DNA of 64,000 nt from Bugula neritina (taxonomy: Eukaryota > Animalia > Bryozoa): NCBI GenBank assembly GCA_964035545.1, contig OZ037765.1, forward strand, positions 20,088,995 through 20,152,994. The letters run 5' to 3'. Numbering within the stretch: position 1 is the first letter of the stretch; every line of letters begins with the position of its first letter. Shown in pieces: positions 22,666 through 38,599 of this stretch. Under the pieces are notes generated by a model. That model had not been told where the DNA came from, did not search any database, and saw only the letters and a program-made list of their open reading frames with translations. A program made the translations under genes and the position numbers.

Positions 22666-25600
22666 TCATGGTAACCCTGATTCTTCAATCTTTTCCAAGT
22701 TAGCTGGCTCCTGGAATAAAAATTATAGTGACCTATTATTTATAGAACATCTATTTACATAAATTTCAAGAATTTATCACTCATTTAAAGTAATATTTTT
22801 TGGGTAAAGCAATTTATATAAATAATCATTTTTTGCTTTCATAGATTTGAAGATTTTCTTCTTCTAGCAGCACTTTAGTGCATTATAATTAGAAAATTGG
22901 AAATGCCCAGCAATTGAATATATGTTCTAAAAAGTATTAAACAGTAATTCATCAACACTCACATAATCAAATATTTTTGCAGTTTTATATTTTATGATCT
23001 AATATTGGCTTTCATGTATCTTTATGTCAGAATAAGTATAATTCATGCTCTGTAATAGCACTATAGTCACAAAAAATAGGTGTTATTGCAAACACTTTGA
23101 AATTCAACAAAACCAAATAATTATATTAACTACTGATTTACCTCTTTGGGCGTTGGCACATTGTAGTAATATGGAACAAGCGTCTTTTCTAAGCCAACCA
23201 CCATGGGGTGAACACTGTTATGCGTGTCAAAGATTGAGTGACTGTCACTTTTTCTACGAACACTAAGTGCAGATGATCTCCCAGAATTGCTGCTTGTAGG
23301 TCTGTTGGATTTTTGAGAATCATCACTCAAAACTGTTGACACTGTGAGGTTAGACAGTCGGGTTGAGTATGCTATACTCTCATTATCTTCTGAACTGAAA
23401 AACCACATCAAGAGCATTTGAGGCACGTGATAAGGAGTTATGTGCTCAACGCTGGCGAAGTTTCACTGAGTGGAAATATTCACATACAGAGCATAAAACT
23501 GAATCAACCAGTTTATCAATGTTATCAAAATTAAAAACCTGAAATTCACTAAAAATCTATGCAAAGCAGTTTAATATCTAAAATAATAGATCACCAGTGA
23601 TCATGCAAACAAAAGTTAAATTTGATAACTGCTATGCTCAAAAAATGTAATATTAGTGCAGGAAAGGATGCTAGAAAAATTTGAGGACCAAAGTTAATTT
23701 CCCAGATATCTTACTAGCTATCAGAATGAGGTGACAATGAAGATATTGTGCTGCCATGGAAAGCATGGTTAGTCAATCCAGAGTGTCTTTTAACTACGTG
23801 TCTCAACCCTCCAACGTTTCTTCCCATTGTGCCAGATATTATGCCATCAGCTATATCTGCTATATTAAGAGTATGATTTAACCTTATAATGCAATGAAGC
23901 TAGTAGGATAACTAATGGAAACTATAAAATTGTTATAAGTATTGCTTTATTAGCTAATGCCTTTCAGTGTGACTGTAAGTTTTTCATTAGGTACTTTGAA
24001 GCATTTACTTAAGCAATGTTTGAAGGCATCGCAGTGTTGCATTTCCTGTTAAACCTCAAGTATAAAACAGGTCATAACTAATTTTTGTAGGTACTGCGAA
24101 ACAAAATTTCAACAAGTTAACTCAAAAAGTTCGCTAAAACAATATTTAATATTTTGAATAAACACCTTTAAAAGAGAGTTGTAAGCACATGAAGACATTG
24201 TAAAATGGCTTTTTGAACTTTTTTTTGGTGGAAATGTATCTTCAACAAATAATAATTGCACACATTTATATGAAGCTCCTAATCATACCCATCAGCAGAA
24301 CTCTCTTATTATGCATATATCTAATATAGCAGGTTATTCAAATTACTCATAAGTTGTACAATGTACATACAATCATTATACAAGCTCACCTCCACTGCTA
24401 TCACTGGTCTCTACACTTTGCTCAAATTTACCATCCTTCTCCGTAAGAACTGATTTAAGTATTTTCGGCTGCCACGCTGCAGATGCTCTTTTCTCTTTTG
24501 ATAGCTGGTCCTTGTAGTCAAGAGAGCGATCTATTGATCGTGAAGCTAGCTCTCTCTTTCTTGAAAATGCATACCTAACCTAAATAATTACAATAATCAC
24601 ACTGTGCTACAAACTGAAAAGTAAAATAATATTGTATAGCCCCTAGCTGTGTTATATTTTGAGAAAACTTTGCCAGAAGAAAGCTTCAAGAGGAAATAAA
24701 AGATGACAAATTTATGCCATAAAACAGGCACTAATATAATGCTTATTGAATAAGATAGTTATAAGCTCTGGTGTAAATGCACTACCTCTGAACTCCCCAC
24801 ACAATGAAACAGGAAAATGAAAAGTCCTTGCAGAGAGTTTACAATAACAAACAGAAATTCAAAGACTAGCAGATCTTCGTTTACAGCCAGCAGCCCAAAC
24901 ACCCAGTTGACTCCCAGAATGGGTGTGAGTATCAGAACGCTCTTCACTCCAGCTCTAAAACCACATGCACTAAGAATTAAATCAACAATATTTTATGAAA
25001 TTTAGCAAAAAGCTTTGGCAGGTATACAATATTCTTGCATATATAGAATGCAGCATCATAATGGCATTGTAGGTGTATATTTTAAATCACGTTTATCTAA
25101 TTGGAAAGCAAAGTTTCATCCAAGTCATAATAATATGCACTCACTTTGCGGCATGTAGTTTTTTCTGCTCTGGTGGTGCTACTGAGCTTGCCGATTTTAC
25201 AACAATTCGAATGACAATAGCCATAATAATAAAGTTCAGTATGATCACAGCACACACTGGGCCCACAAATGCAGCTATTAGACCATCCGAGATAGAAAGC
25301 CAGCAACTGAAAAAACAAGCCTTGATATTAAAATGAATATGTGAAAATGTGAAGCTCCATAGCTAAAAGGAATTATTAACCAAAGCTAAACAAAAATAAA
25401 CTTTGCAGGAATTACAGTTAACAAACGTTAGAAGTATTTTAAAATTTCGCATAATGTTTTATTTTGATTAAAAGATAGTTGCAAATTATTTTGTATAAAT
25501 AAAGAGTTGTCCAGACTTACAACTTGTCTGAGCCATAACTGTCAAATCTCACTCCCACTGAAATACTGACTATAAGTACTGGGACACCTACAATTAGAAT

Positions 25601-28600
25601 AGTTATGTTAATTCTAGGGTGAGCAGCAGTTTTTATTTCTAGAATCGCACACTCTTGCTCTAGTGAGCTAATCTATAGACTATGTAGACCATATTCCAGA
25701 TCAAAGGTTTGTTGTTGCAGCTATTCTATCAATAATGTGTAATATTGGACTTATTAACAACTGAAAATGTATTTTATACTTTTACTGTTGGGTAATTATA
25801 AATAATGTGTTTGCCTTTAAATACAAGCAGAAAATATAATTATTGCTTAACAACATAAACTGGCTAGGTAGTTAAAACTTTCGAATTGTGTTTTATAAGA
25901 AAAATTTTAAAGTTGGGAAAACTTGTGTATATGTTTGATTGAACAATTTACTTGTTACAATAAGAATAGGACGTCTATTTTAAACCTGCTTTCTAGCAAC
26001 TCAGATAAGATCTCTTTGCTTACAAACTGTTTATATAATGAGCTGTGAAATCTTTTCTTGACCTACTTACCCCAGCCAATCACGTAGTACATTACAGTTT
26101 TCCATTTTCCTTCCGACTCAAACACAGATATAACTTTATGATACAGGTGAATGCCTTCACACAGCATCCAGGTGAATGTAGCCAGGTACAGAAAGTGCAG
26201 CAGAATAGCCATGCTCTTGCAGGTAGCCTGGTCATAGGTCAGATCTATACCCACAACGTGTGTGAGTTGAGCTAAACCTAAGGCTACAATCAGATTCATG
26301 TGGATCTTCTTCCTCTCAGTCTTCAAATTGCTGAAACAAATCGTAAGCTTTTATTAATTAAAATGATTTTCATATATACATCAAAGCCAGATGAAGTTTG
26401 GAAAACAAAGATATGATCATAGAGCGTTCAACATTGAACAAATATCAAATACTATAAAATAGGGGCCATAATAAAAAATAAGAAAAAATACTGGGTTTCT
26501 GGATAAAAATGAGCAAAAGAAGTTATATGTGTCCTTAAGAGAATTGTGATCTGCACCCCCAACTAAAACTTATAAATGAATGTAAAAACTTTGCTTATTT
26601 ACGTTTTCATGCCACCATTATTGATGATGCACATTATATATTACATATTATAACAAAAGAAACACAGACTGTGATAGCTAAATTATTTTTTTATGTCACA
26701 AAGCAGAATATTCCTATATAATGTGTGTTACTCGTATACTTACTCAAGATACACGAATGTAGCAAATGATATGATCAGACTCAGTAGTGATATGGCACAA
26801 CCGATATAGCTGATAATCGCCAGAGCAGAGCTGACTTTTTGTTCTGGCTCGTAATCGGTGACTCTTAACAAAACGGCAAAGCTAGTCAAGTGGTTGCAAA
26901 TACACTGCACTTCTTTTCCATCTAGCTCTGTCTTACATCCTTCAGATGACCACAGGCTAAATTATATAAAATAACAAATATAATTTATAGTTGAAGAGTC
27001 ATAATGTTCAACAAACCTGTTGAAAATTCTTTTTCAAATTTACTTGCTTTTTGCAATATTATAGATTAGTTCAGTTGCATGATATTACTAAAGATTTTAT
27101 TTAGCATCTTAAAAATAGTGTTCAAGATTTTATAAGTAAAGATGAACTTATAATCATAAAATTTGTGCAGCTGTAACTAATTTATCTACTTTCAGTACCT
27201 ACATGGAAAATATAATATGTATAAGTAAAAAACATATGTTGGTGCATCATAATCACAAGATGTGAAATATAATATACTAAGAAGATTGCATATATTTAAA
27301 AGCACAAATTATTAAAATATGACTGAAGCATAAACAAAAATAACAGTCATGTTGGAGTAATTAATATCTGTACAATCACTGTTAACAAGCATAATATAGC
27401 TATGCCCATCACCTACCTAGATGTGTCATTCCAAAATACACATACAGGTTCGACTTGCTTAGTTTCGTTGTATTTTGCTTCCTGCTCCACTTTATTAAAT
27501 GGTACATTAATTTTCATGCCTTCATTCAGCCAGATGGTAGAGATTTCAACTCCTACTTTTAAGGTTATGATGTGGCCAGCAAACATCAAATCAGCACCCT
27601 CAAGCCCTAGCTCACTCTCACTACAACATAATATGTCACCAGATGAATCAGTTTTATTTAATGTGAATTGCTTTTTTGCTGTTATAGACTCACAAATGAA
27701 AATTATAAATTTATATTTGAAGAGGAGTCAAAGAGTTGAGTAAAAAAGCTTATTGTTTGTTCTAGATATGCATATTTCTTGTTTTTGTAATAAAAGCTAA
27801 TATTGTTACTGCATTTATTTTCCATCTATTGCATAAAATGTGAGACTACACAAACCGTCTTCAGCATGACTGAGAAGGTTTTAGTTTAAAAAGTTAGACT
27901 TACAAAGCTGAATACTTACAAAGCTGAGCCACCAATGAAGTTTGCAATATCAGAGTAGACAACGAATCCTGAGAGAACTGATGTGTCAGTAGTTGATTGG
28001 ACAATCTCAGTACTCAGCTGGACAGCAATGTCCTGGTAGTCCAAACTCACAGCTAATTTATCTAAGCTATTGTTTACTGGTTGAAGTGATTGTGTAGAAA
28101 TATCTGAAACGATAATCAATCAATAATATCATTTTTAGCAAATGTGGCATGATAAACTAAAAGGTGTAGCAAAAAGCTTTTTGAGAACTTGTTGGCTAAA
28201 TCTAAATATTTGTTTTAATTTTACCAATCATTTCAACTAGTCTACTTCTTTCAAAAAGTATTTTTTCTCAAGTATGCAAACTTGCTCATTTACTCTTTTG
28301 TATTGAATGCTTGCTAATAATACTCACAAATTTTACCCATCTCAACCTTTGAAGAGTTGCTTGCTATGGCTGAGAGTTTAATAACAATAGTTTCCACAGC
28401 AGTCAGTAGAGATGTGAACAAGCCTGTTTCTTTCTAAACAAAACATCATGAGAGTGAGTAATTTGCCATTATCATATTATTTCAATGAAGCAGGTGAAGT
28501 AATAGAGAAATTTGCAAAACGCACTTGGTCTATTTTAGAAGCTACCTCAAAACATAAATCATGTTATGCAGCATTTTCAGCTTATACCCCAAACTAAAAC

Positions 28601-30810
28601 TCATAAGCTATTAAGAATGTTGGCTATTCAAATTTTTTTCTTTTACACTTAAATAGTTTTAATAGCAATTTTGGTATTGTTAAAGAAACTTTTCAGCTAT
28701 GCAGGTAATACTACACATTATTTAAAAGCACAAATAGCAAAATGCAGCATAACAGGAGAAAAATTGGTAGTAAAAACTTTATCACAGGCAATTTCTCAAT
28801 ATCTGTAATTAGAGCTTCAAAGAAACTATTGTAAACTTAATTTATGGTAACAATTTTTCTTTTCACAGTATCAAACAAAACTTCAAGCACTGCAGCAATC
28901 AGCATTCCAGTGAGCTTGTGTAATTTATGATCAGGTAGAGATATTTGTAAGGATATTTTTAAACGCTATAAAATATAACAATATGGTCACAAATAATAGG
29001 TTAGACTACAGCAGACATACATTATACATACTTCTATGATAAATGTAAGCTATACATGCACATTAATTACATCTACTTTATACAGTATACATGTGAGTAA
29101 TCTATAAATAGAAACTGATATTCACCCAGACTGAGGCATGCTGCTCCTGAGTTATTAAGTTCAGTGTCTGACTAATGCTGCCAATAAACCATTTGCTGTC
29201 TAATGTATTGTTAACATTTAGCTGCCGAGAGAGCAAGTCAAATGTGTCAGTTATCTCCACTATGGTGTCTTTCGTGAAAACTGTGTAATACAATAGCACA
29301 AAGTCACAAACCTATGCCATACAATGAATATAATATATTTATATAACATAATTAAATATAATATATCTATATAATATAATATACTCTAATTTTTCAAAAG
29401 TCAAGTTGAATATTTTTTTTGCTATTTTTACAAGAAAATTAGTGAGGAACACGTTGTGGTGAATGAAATTCTTATTATGAATGTTATAGTCACTTTATTA
29501 TTTATAAGATAATCAACTTAATTGGCGTTATTTAATTTATATTTTTAAATAACCTGTGAGAGAATTCAAAATGTCTGTAAGTGTATTCATTATGTTCATT
29601 GCTTCTTCTGGGCTTATGGGGTCTTCATTATTCTAATAAAACATTTTATAAAAGCCATGATTTTTAACATAGAAATTCATGAAATAAAAAGAGAAAATCT
29701 ACAGATAAAACAGCTATATGTAAAAATAAACCTTTAGCTTTAAACAAGCATCTTTTCAAGACGTGTAATAGTTGTGTTTTTAGTAATGTCACAAAACTTT
29801 CTTCTACTTGCTTTAAGTTTTGCGGTTTCAGAATAATTTCTATCTGGTTACCTGATTCCTTCCTTCTGACTGTGTGCTAGTCCCAGATGGTGGTATGGTA
29901 GATGGTTCCTTACAGCTTTCAAAAGTCAGCTGCTGGTCTAATAATAAAAATTATATTAATTACATGAAGCACAATAAAAAAATCAATGTTAACCAACCAA
30001 TAGTCAATTGTTAAAATGAACTTACCCGAAGTGAAACTCAACAAGGACATGGAGTTGTCTCCACCAATATCTTGTTGACACTCTGATGATTTAGGGAGCT
30101 CCTCCAGCCTACACTTCAAGTCTTCATCTGCAGGACATACAAACACCAAGTAAGATATGCTCATACTCAACAACTGGTTTGCCTACAATACTTAAAGCTG
30201 CTATTGGTAATCCATAAATTGAATTGATTGGGAAATTAAAACAAGTTTATTTCTTCTTCATAAAGCAAAATAAAAATGAATAGAAAGTCAAAAGCAGTAA
30301 TTTTCAAGAAGCGATTTACTCAAGTAAGCAGACAGGCAGCCATACTACAAGACCATCACATCTCTATACACATATAACTTCACATAATTGTTACATAATA
30401 ATTATTTCTTACAATAATCAGCTGTAAAATTCGCAAGTTACCATTTGATGTGTTAGCAGACTCTTCGAGTTTATACATGTCTAATATAGTTTGGTTTTCT
30501 TAATTTTATATTTAAAAATTGCCTAAATATGCCATATGACATCCTGATTATAACAGGCTAGTTTAACTGTTATAGCAAGTGCAAAGGGAGAAGATTCGTA
30601 ATAAGTTACCTATTTTAATGCAATGTCCACCATATGCTAACCCAAACATCACATGACCCCTTTGATTAGCAACGAAAGCACATTTTCTAACGGGATCTTT
30701 TCGTTTATAAGGAATGTAACCATCTAATCGGTCATCTGTGTAGATCTGAAGACTGACTTCTGATACATCATAACAGCCAATAGAACTGTAATCTGTAAAT
30801 TATACACAAA

Positions 30811-30905
<95 letters not shown>

Positions 30906-32440
30906 TGTATGCATATACACATAGATACATCATACATATATATAGCATACACATAATACATATAACATACACGTATACATATACATATACACATGTATAC
31001 ATGTACACACATATATAACATACTTAAATCAAAATGATAACAGATCATTTTTGATCATAACAAGTTATATAATATTTTAATGAATTTATAAAACCTCAAT
31101 TATCCTCGTTTAGGTTGTATTAAGCTTCTGATAGTAGATACTATAATGTTTAAACAACTGTGATGATTCAATTTCACAAAAAAAGTTAAATGTTCAAATG
31201 ATATGACATTAAATCGAAAGGTCCTAAGAACCTAACAATAATAGCTTTGAAACTTTTAAATTAACTAAGAAAGCTTGTCAACCTACCAAATTGGCTTGGA
31301 CAGGGGTCAGTGTTGCAGTAATAATATTTTATGCTACTTCCATTACAGTGCGTGGACGCTGCGCCTGTGTCAGGGGGGTTATTACACTCCTTCTCAGTTT
31401 TGTCAGTGCCACTGTCACATGCATGGGTGCAGTTGTTCAGAGCAACCGACACACCCCATCGTCCTGGTAAAGCCCCTAATATCCAAATCAATATACAGCA
31501 ATGGCTACTAACTCAATAGCACCAAAAGTAACCATGAAACTGAATAGGCTGCATTTTTAATAACTACCAGCAAAGTATTTCAATCTCTCACCTAAACTTT
31601 TGCCAAGCTGCTATATAGCCTAACAAATATATAATTTTCCAAAATTTGCTTTGCCCACAAACTACTAAAGCAATTACTTCGCACAGTTTATCTACGGATG
31701 AAATTTCAAGGAAACAATAGTAGGATATGCTATTTAAGTCAATTTAAACTACTAACAGCTTTTGTTATAGAAGTTAAGCGGTTAAACATGAAGTAAGAAT
31801 TTACAGATGGAAAAAACTATCAATTTTTAAAAGTTGATCAAGTTCCCATTTTGCTAGTAGCAAAATGGATGAATTTTGTTTACTGATCAGTTTAGAAAAT
31901 TCACAACAATTTTCTTTTAAAAATTGAACAAAGAAATTAATTTGGAAAATCAAAGTTTGAGCTGAAATAATTAATACTTTGAAGAATTTTTTTTAGGTTT
32001 TATAGGTGAAGCCGTGAAGGTAAATATGATTATAATATAAGCAAATTGTCACTGGCCAGCAATGCTATTGGCCAACCAGATAGAAGCTAACCTGCAGAGT
32101 AGGTGTAGATGTCAAAGGCTTCTTCCGTATTATAGAAACTAGCGCACTGGGAACTGGGTTCTGTGTATGCAGTGTCAGTTAGAGTCACTGTGTAGCATAG
32201 TTTTTGTTTTACGGCAAAGTGAGTATAGTTAGAGTGAGTAGCTATAGCACATTTTTCTATATATGCTAATCGAGATATGCTATCTCCATCCAAGACAGAA
32301 GAGTTAGTAAAAAGCTGTGGAGACAAGCTGGTGCCCTCCCAACAGCCATTCCATTTTGGATATAGATGTGACAGCATTGCTAAAGAAAAATCACATGTAA
32401 TATTTATATATTTCATATGCGCTCGCGCACGCGCACGCGC

Positions 32441-32475
<35 letters not shown>

Positions 32476-35400
32476 CACACACACAAGCACACAACACTCA
32501 AACACTCAAACACTAATCAAAACTATTTATGTATGAAGTCAACTAAAGTAGCTAAATGAAACCTATTTGTTCTTATACTGAGTGATCTTTTCAACACTTG
32601 CTAATCAAATATTCTTTCAACTTGTTTGGAGTGCAATAAAGTCATAGATCCATCTTTTTAGTGCTAAATATAATACAAATAAGCATCCCCACTACATCTG
32701 TTCATGAACTTACCCCCATTGCTATCCCAGGGGCAAGCATTTGTGTTACAATAGGTCGTAGTCTGTACAGACTGGGGGCTATACCACAAGTCAGAGCTTG
32801 CAGGGGGTATTAATTTGTAGTACGTTGTTGTGAGATTTCCAGTACCACAGGCTTCCGTACAACTTGAGGTCACCGGAGGCTCTAACCAATCAAACTGATT
32901 TGAATCTGAAACAATTTAAATACATTTAAATAATGCCTAGCACCAAAAACTCTGTTTACATTTGCTATACTATAAAGCTTTTTGTAGTTAATACACTGTG
33001 GAATATTATTTTAGATTTTTAGGTGACAACTTTTCAAGTGTATTGTTATTGATTTTGCACATAGAAAAATCATGCCTACACGACGATTTCATTTAATTAT
33101 AAATTCCAACATGCTATGTTTATTGTAGTTACACAACGTATTAGATGTAAACAGAAAGTCAAAAATTTAATTAGAATAGAAATAAAAAATTAACTCCAAG
33201 TGAACTTCCAGTACGAGCTTACCATTAAATATGCATAAAGAGACGTGGAGAGCTGATACATCACACGGCTTGCTGGTGTTTGACACGTAAATGCAGCTGT
33301 ATTGTTGTGAGTCGCTGAAGTCACGGACCACTAACATACTTTCCTCTACATCGCTGACATTGCCAGCTTCTAGAATTATCTCCACTTGGTTTAGCGGATA
33401 TATAATGCTATTGTTAGCTTCACATAGAGCCACCGATGCTGCTAAATTAAGAGGCGTTGATGATCCTCCACATATGCAAATATCCTGGTCGGTAGCTAGT
33501 CTACATGGAGCTGGACATTCTATAACACAAGAAGTTTGAACTTTAGAAATTACCTAAACATATCATAAGAAATCTTATTTTGTTTATTTAATAAATGTAC
33601 ATATATGTAAACAATAAAGGGATGCTCGCATACATGTCTAAAATGGAGACCTCTAAGCTTCTCTAGTATTTCACAAACACAATCTAATACGTTTTTGAAT
33701 AGAAAACTAAATTCAGGTAAAGTGGTCTTTTTTTATACTTCTAATTTTCAAAAATTCTAAATTATTTTATTTCTAAGGAAGTCAAGCAAATGAGTTTCAA
33801 AAAAATCCAATTAGCTTACAAATAAAATTAATTGAGTTTATCACAAAACACACCTATATCGAGCTACATATAGTTAAACAATTTGAGAAACTTATTACCT
33901 CAAATGAATTATGTAGAAAACAATACTTATGTTTAGTCTCATTTTTAGAATGAAAATACTAGTAGATTATGCTCATTCTCAATATGTATGTTAGCATAAA
34001 ACATTTTAAAGTTTGATACAGCTTTCACAGGTAAGTAAAGCGTAAGAATACATGTCTGTAGAAATAAGCAACATTCTGAGTACCATACAACTCTAGCTTG
34101 TCAAAATAGCATATAGAATATTCATGTGTAAATTTCACTAAATTCTTGGTTTTACTTGATGTTGTTAAGATTGATTCAATGAAGTATAAATTTAAAATAT
34201 TTATGTTTAGTTTACTAGACGCTTAGTTTATGCATGGCAGGGCTTCATGTCAGATGCTTCCATGTGTATACACCATTGTAATGGTTTAGGTGTGCACCTA
34301 CACAAACTTGTTATGTCATGTTACATTGGATCAGCAAGGGGCATACAGTGAAGTTTACTATAGTACGCAGCTGCCATTACATAAAAAGCAAACAGCATCC
34401 ATGTGCTTATAAATAAATCATTGTTTCACTACCAATCAATATTACTCTGATCCTTGAACTTGTAAAACACCATTGAGCTAATTTCTTTATTTCGAATCAT
34501 AACAGGTAAGACCTTTTACTAGTAATTAATATTAACAATCAATACATGCAGCTAATATTCTTTTATCCTATTTACCTTACCTTGAAATATAAATATCTCC
34601 ATCCAGTTATCATTAGCAGTATTAACATCCGTCATTACACCTCTTCTCAACACCACTGTGCTGTTACTCCCATAGCAGTTATCCCTCTGATAATATCACA
34701 AAGCAGTAATATAATGTATCACGAACTGAATAAAATTTGTGATGCTTGCAGTAAATCAAAATTTTGAACCAAAATAATTTTTTCCCTGTAATATGTAACC
34801 TGAACTGTAAGGTGCAACACACAAATAATTTCTCAAAATTTAACTACTTTCTAGGTTAAACTTAATGGTACAAAAATTTTAACATGTTTTTATATGCTCA
34901 AAGTCTTACAAGTTAATTACAACATGAAGAACATAGTTTCTCAAGTTTAACCAAATTTCTGCTCTATCTTTTACCATCAAAACTAGTTTCAAAGCCATCA
35001 ATTATTTTGTTGACAAAACAGAAACATGCTGAAAGATTTACATAACATAATTTTACATGTTCATCACATTCAGCCTTAGACTTACAGTTAATATTGTAAA
35101 TTTAAACCCTAAGCGTTGCGTCTCCACTGAGCAATGTCTGACATAAAATGGCAGTTGGCGATGTTGGGGACTGGTGATAGAAATGTTAAAGTTTCTTTCA
35201 AGTCTCTGTATTTTTACCAATTCATCATTCAGTATCCAGTCATAGTACCAGTAGCCACGATGGCGTATTGCTACAACAACAAAATGTGTATCTCGGTCTT
35301 CCGTGCGAGTGGGAGTTTGCTAAGGGATATCATTTAGACTGGGCAAAGCCTTTCACCGCAAATTGAATTATTCATATTACATTTCATACAGATACATGTG

Positions 35401-36592
35401 CGCACAGATATTTTTAGAATAAACTAGAAATGTTATTCTCTATGGGTAAATAAGGCACAAAGGCATGACATTCTAACAAAGCTACATTGTATGTTGGCAG
35501 AAGGAAGTCCTGTGAGACTAAATATATATTAATCTTGACCAAATACCAGGGCATGCAGAAGCGTTGCACATGCGCACATCAATGCTCTCAGCTTCTGCGT
35601 CGCTGTACTGATATCTAAACTGGAAGGTCTGTGTTATTCTATGTACATCTACACAGGGTGCGCATGGAGTCCAGCTGGTCTTATCTTCCAGGGATGTAGT
35701 ATCTATAATGTTTATACTATACTATACCCGCAGAAGAAAGTTCAGAGTGCAAAAAATAATGAGTTCTAAAATATGTAGAACACATGTATTTTTTATCAAG
35801 AAAAGCTATTTTTTAAAATTGATAATTATATTAAAAAAAATTTATCTTTCCTACTTATCAAGTCATAAATCACAGTAAATCATTGCATAATATAAAAACC
35901 AGTTTTTGCGTAACTGGTTGATCGCTGATAGTATTATAAGTTTTTTTATTTTTGGCTCAATAATTGCCTTTTGTAAGGATCTCACTTATACAATGCAAAT
36001 ACGACATAAAATTAAGCAACGCATAATATCACAGATCTGTGATATTAACAGCAACAAATATTTAACCAGATAAATATAGATATAATACATCTAAAAAATA
36101 ATAGTAAAATACAAATTCCTAAAAATACCAGATTTTGAAAATGTTATGGTAACCGTTGTTAAACAAAAAGTATGTATCTAAACTTTAATTAAAAAATAAC
36201 TTATATGGGATATTTGCAAAGTTCATAAACACTGGTTTACTTATTATTTAACTATTATTTTTTAAGCATGCTGTCTGTGGTTAAAAACATTAGATTACAT
36301 CTTGGCAAATGGGACTAACGCACACACACATGCATACCTGTTTGAAAAGTAACTTACCATTCATAGCAGCCCAGAGGTATTGCTGGTAGTCATCAAAACT
36401 GAGTAGGCTAGAGAATTCATCACCTTCTGCTATCCGCCATGTCAAAGGTTCTGTTGATGTGACTGTGGAGGAGTTCCATGGTGTAATCTCCTGCACATCT
36501 TCTCTAATCTCCAGCCATTCTGGTGGAGCCGAAGTTACACCAAACACCAGTAAGCAGAAGAGTGGGAATTGTCTAGCTGCAGACGTCGGCAT
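22666..36592 (-). CDS. Adhesion GPCR (TSP1 / WSC-like repeats, GAIN-GPS, secretin-class 7TM; 7TM resembles ADGRD/latrophilin types)
   Basis: [11 protein letters not shown]...WSSEGCKT...[13 protein letters not shown] (~27440-26870). 7TM motifs [54 protein letters not shown]. Last exon [14 protein letters not shown]. Start placed at the signal-peptide-like [22 protein letters not shown]; further candidate upstream exons reach ~38170. Confidence 0.9.
30813..31015. repeat. (TA)n microsatellite with degenerate TACA/TACATA tail
   Basis: Directly visible; intronic. Confidence 0.95.
32418..32500. repeat. Compound (CG)n/(CA)n microsatellite
   Basis: gcgctcgcgcacgcgcacgcgc followed by (ac)n. Confidence 0.9.
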
Positions 36593-37853
36593 ACGGACTC
36601 TAGTGGAGGCTATTATTGACTTTGCATCCTGACATAAGTCTAAAGTGTTTCTGAAAAGCAACCGTCAAACAAATAATCTTGATAAAAGTTCATGTAAAAG
36701 CCAGTTATAAGAAACTCAAAATTAGTACCTAGTTTTTTAAATCAAGAACTCTTAGCAAGCAAGCTGACAGACATGTGTATACAGGTCATCACTAAAGCAT
36801 TAAGGTGGGTCATGATGTAGACAAGATAGGCATGCGTAAGGTTACAGGATACAAGGAGCTGAGCCACCACTTGGCAAAGAATCCTACTAGACATGGTATG
36901 GAGCATTCCTGTTTTCAAGACAGTTGGTATCAATAAATAGGAAAGTGTATAAATAAATAAAGTGCATTGGGCTAAATGTGTTGATTTTTATTCACATTAT
37001 AAAAGAGAATATAATGTTTTCATTTACAAAATTGTTTTAATGAGCGTTGAACAAAAATATCATTGCGCAACAGATTTTCCACTCAATTAAACTTTTTCAG
37101 TATCATGTCTTCGAAATTCACAACTTTCAATTATATTACAAAGGAAATTTTTTGAAACATACGTGCATATTTTTATAACTAACCAGCATTTAATGGAAGG
37201 GCTACGTTCAAAATAGGGAAATGTAAACACATGCTCAAAATTTTACAAGTTTAAGCTTTAAACCTTTATTTTCACAATTCAGTTCATTACACAATTACTA
37301 ACCCTGAGAAATTAATTTTTTAAATGCTGCAATGTTGACTGGTTAGAGAAGTAAGCTGTTTTATTTTCAGACAATAATAAGAATATAGTGAAAGCTATAT
37401 AGGCAGCACCTGCATCAAGCATACAGCTATTAAAATTCAAAGGTCTAAGAAGTCAAACAAGAAAGCAAATTTTATTCTCTGTTTAATAAACTGCTGCAGA
37501 ACAGTGAAGATGTTTGCTTGCATAAAATATAAAGAATTGTTTTGCGAATCTCATTTTAATTCAGTGTAGACATCAACTAAAATTTGTGAAATTATTTATC
37601 CAACGTCTTAAAGCAATAATTTGAATAATCAAATTATAATAGCACTTTTTCTCAAACGAAAATAAATCTCAAGCAATTTGATTTCACTTTACAGCAAAAT
37701 ACTATGAGTGTAATTTGTTGGTCAACCATGAAAATTCTGTAGGCAAATTCGTTTAGTTTTTTAAAGGTTTTTTTGGCTAGCGTGTTGATCAAGACTGAAC
37801 CTGCAAACTAAATGAGGAACAATCGTTGCTCACATTACCAGTGCAGCTTAACC

Positions 37854-38077
<224 letters not shown>

Positions 38078-38599
38078 TATAGTAGAATAGTTTCAAACAA
38101 TATGTAGCGTGCTCTGCTTACCTCTGAACATCTGTGTAGCAGTCAGTTACAATATCCAGTACTGACAGAGCTGAAGGTTGAAAACAGGCATTATGTTATT
38201 GAGTAAAAATGCACCCAACAGTTTCTATACAAAATTAACTAACCATGCTCAAAGCTTAATTAGTTATATATGGTGAATTGACTTCAGACAATGGAGCTGG
38301 TGTTCACTATTGTTTGGTGACAAAGCACTCCACTAGTATCATGCGTAATATGTTGATAGAAAATAAATAGAAATAAACATCAGGCTCATTTGTAAACCAA
38401 CTGTTTATATATAAACCTTAATTTACAGTTATATAATTAGGTAGTCAGTACCACAGCACTTTACAGGCTTAACTTTGTCCTCACTTTAGTTCATTTTTTG
38501 ACCACATTGTTGTTCAATTTGTACAGCAGAAGTGATTATGCTTTCAAAATATTTAAAGCGCTAAACTGCATTTAGCTCCTTGTTGTCAATAGTGACCTA

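Noticed and set aside
36844-36852. Second U12-like donor (GTATCCTGT, minus strand) in the GPCR 5' region
   Set aside because: Imperfect donor, no TTCCTTRAC-like branch site before the 36652 acceptor, and the exon itself is uncertain.
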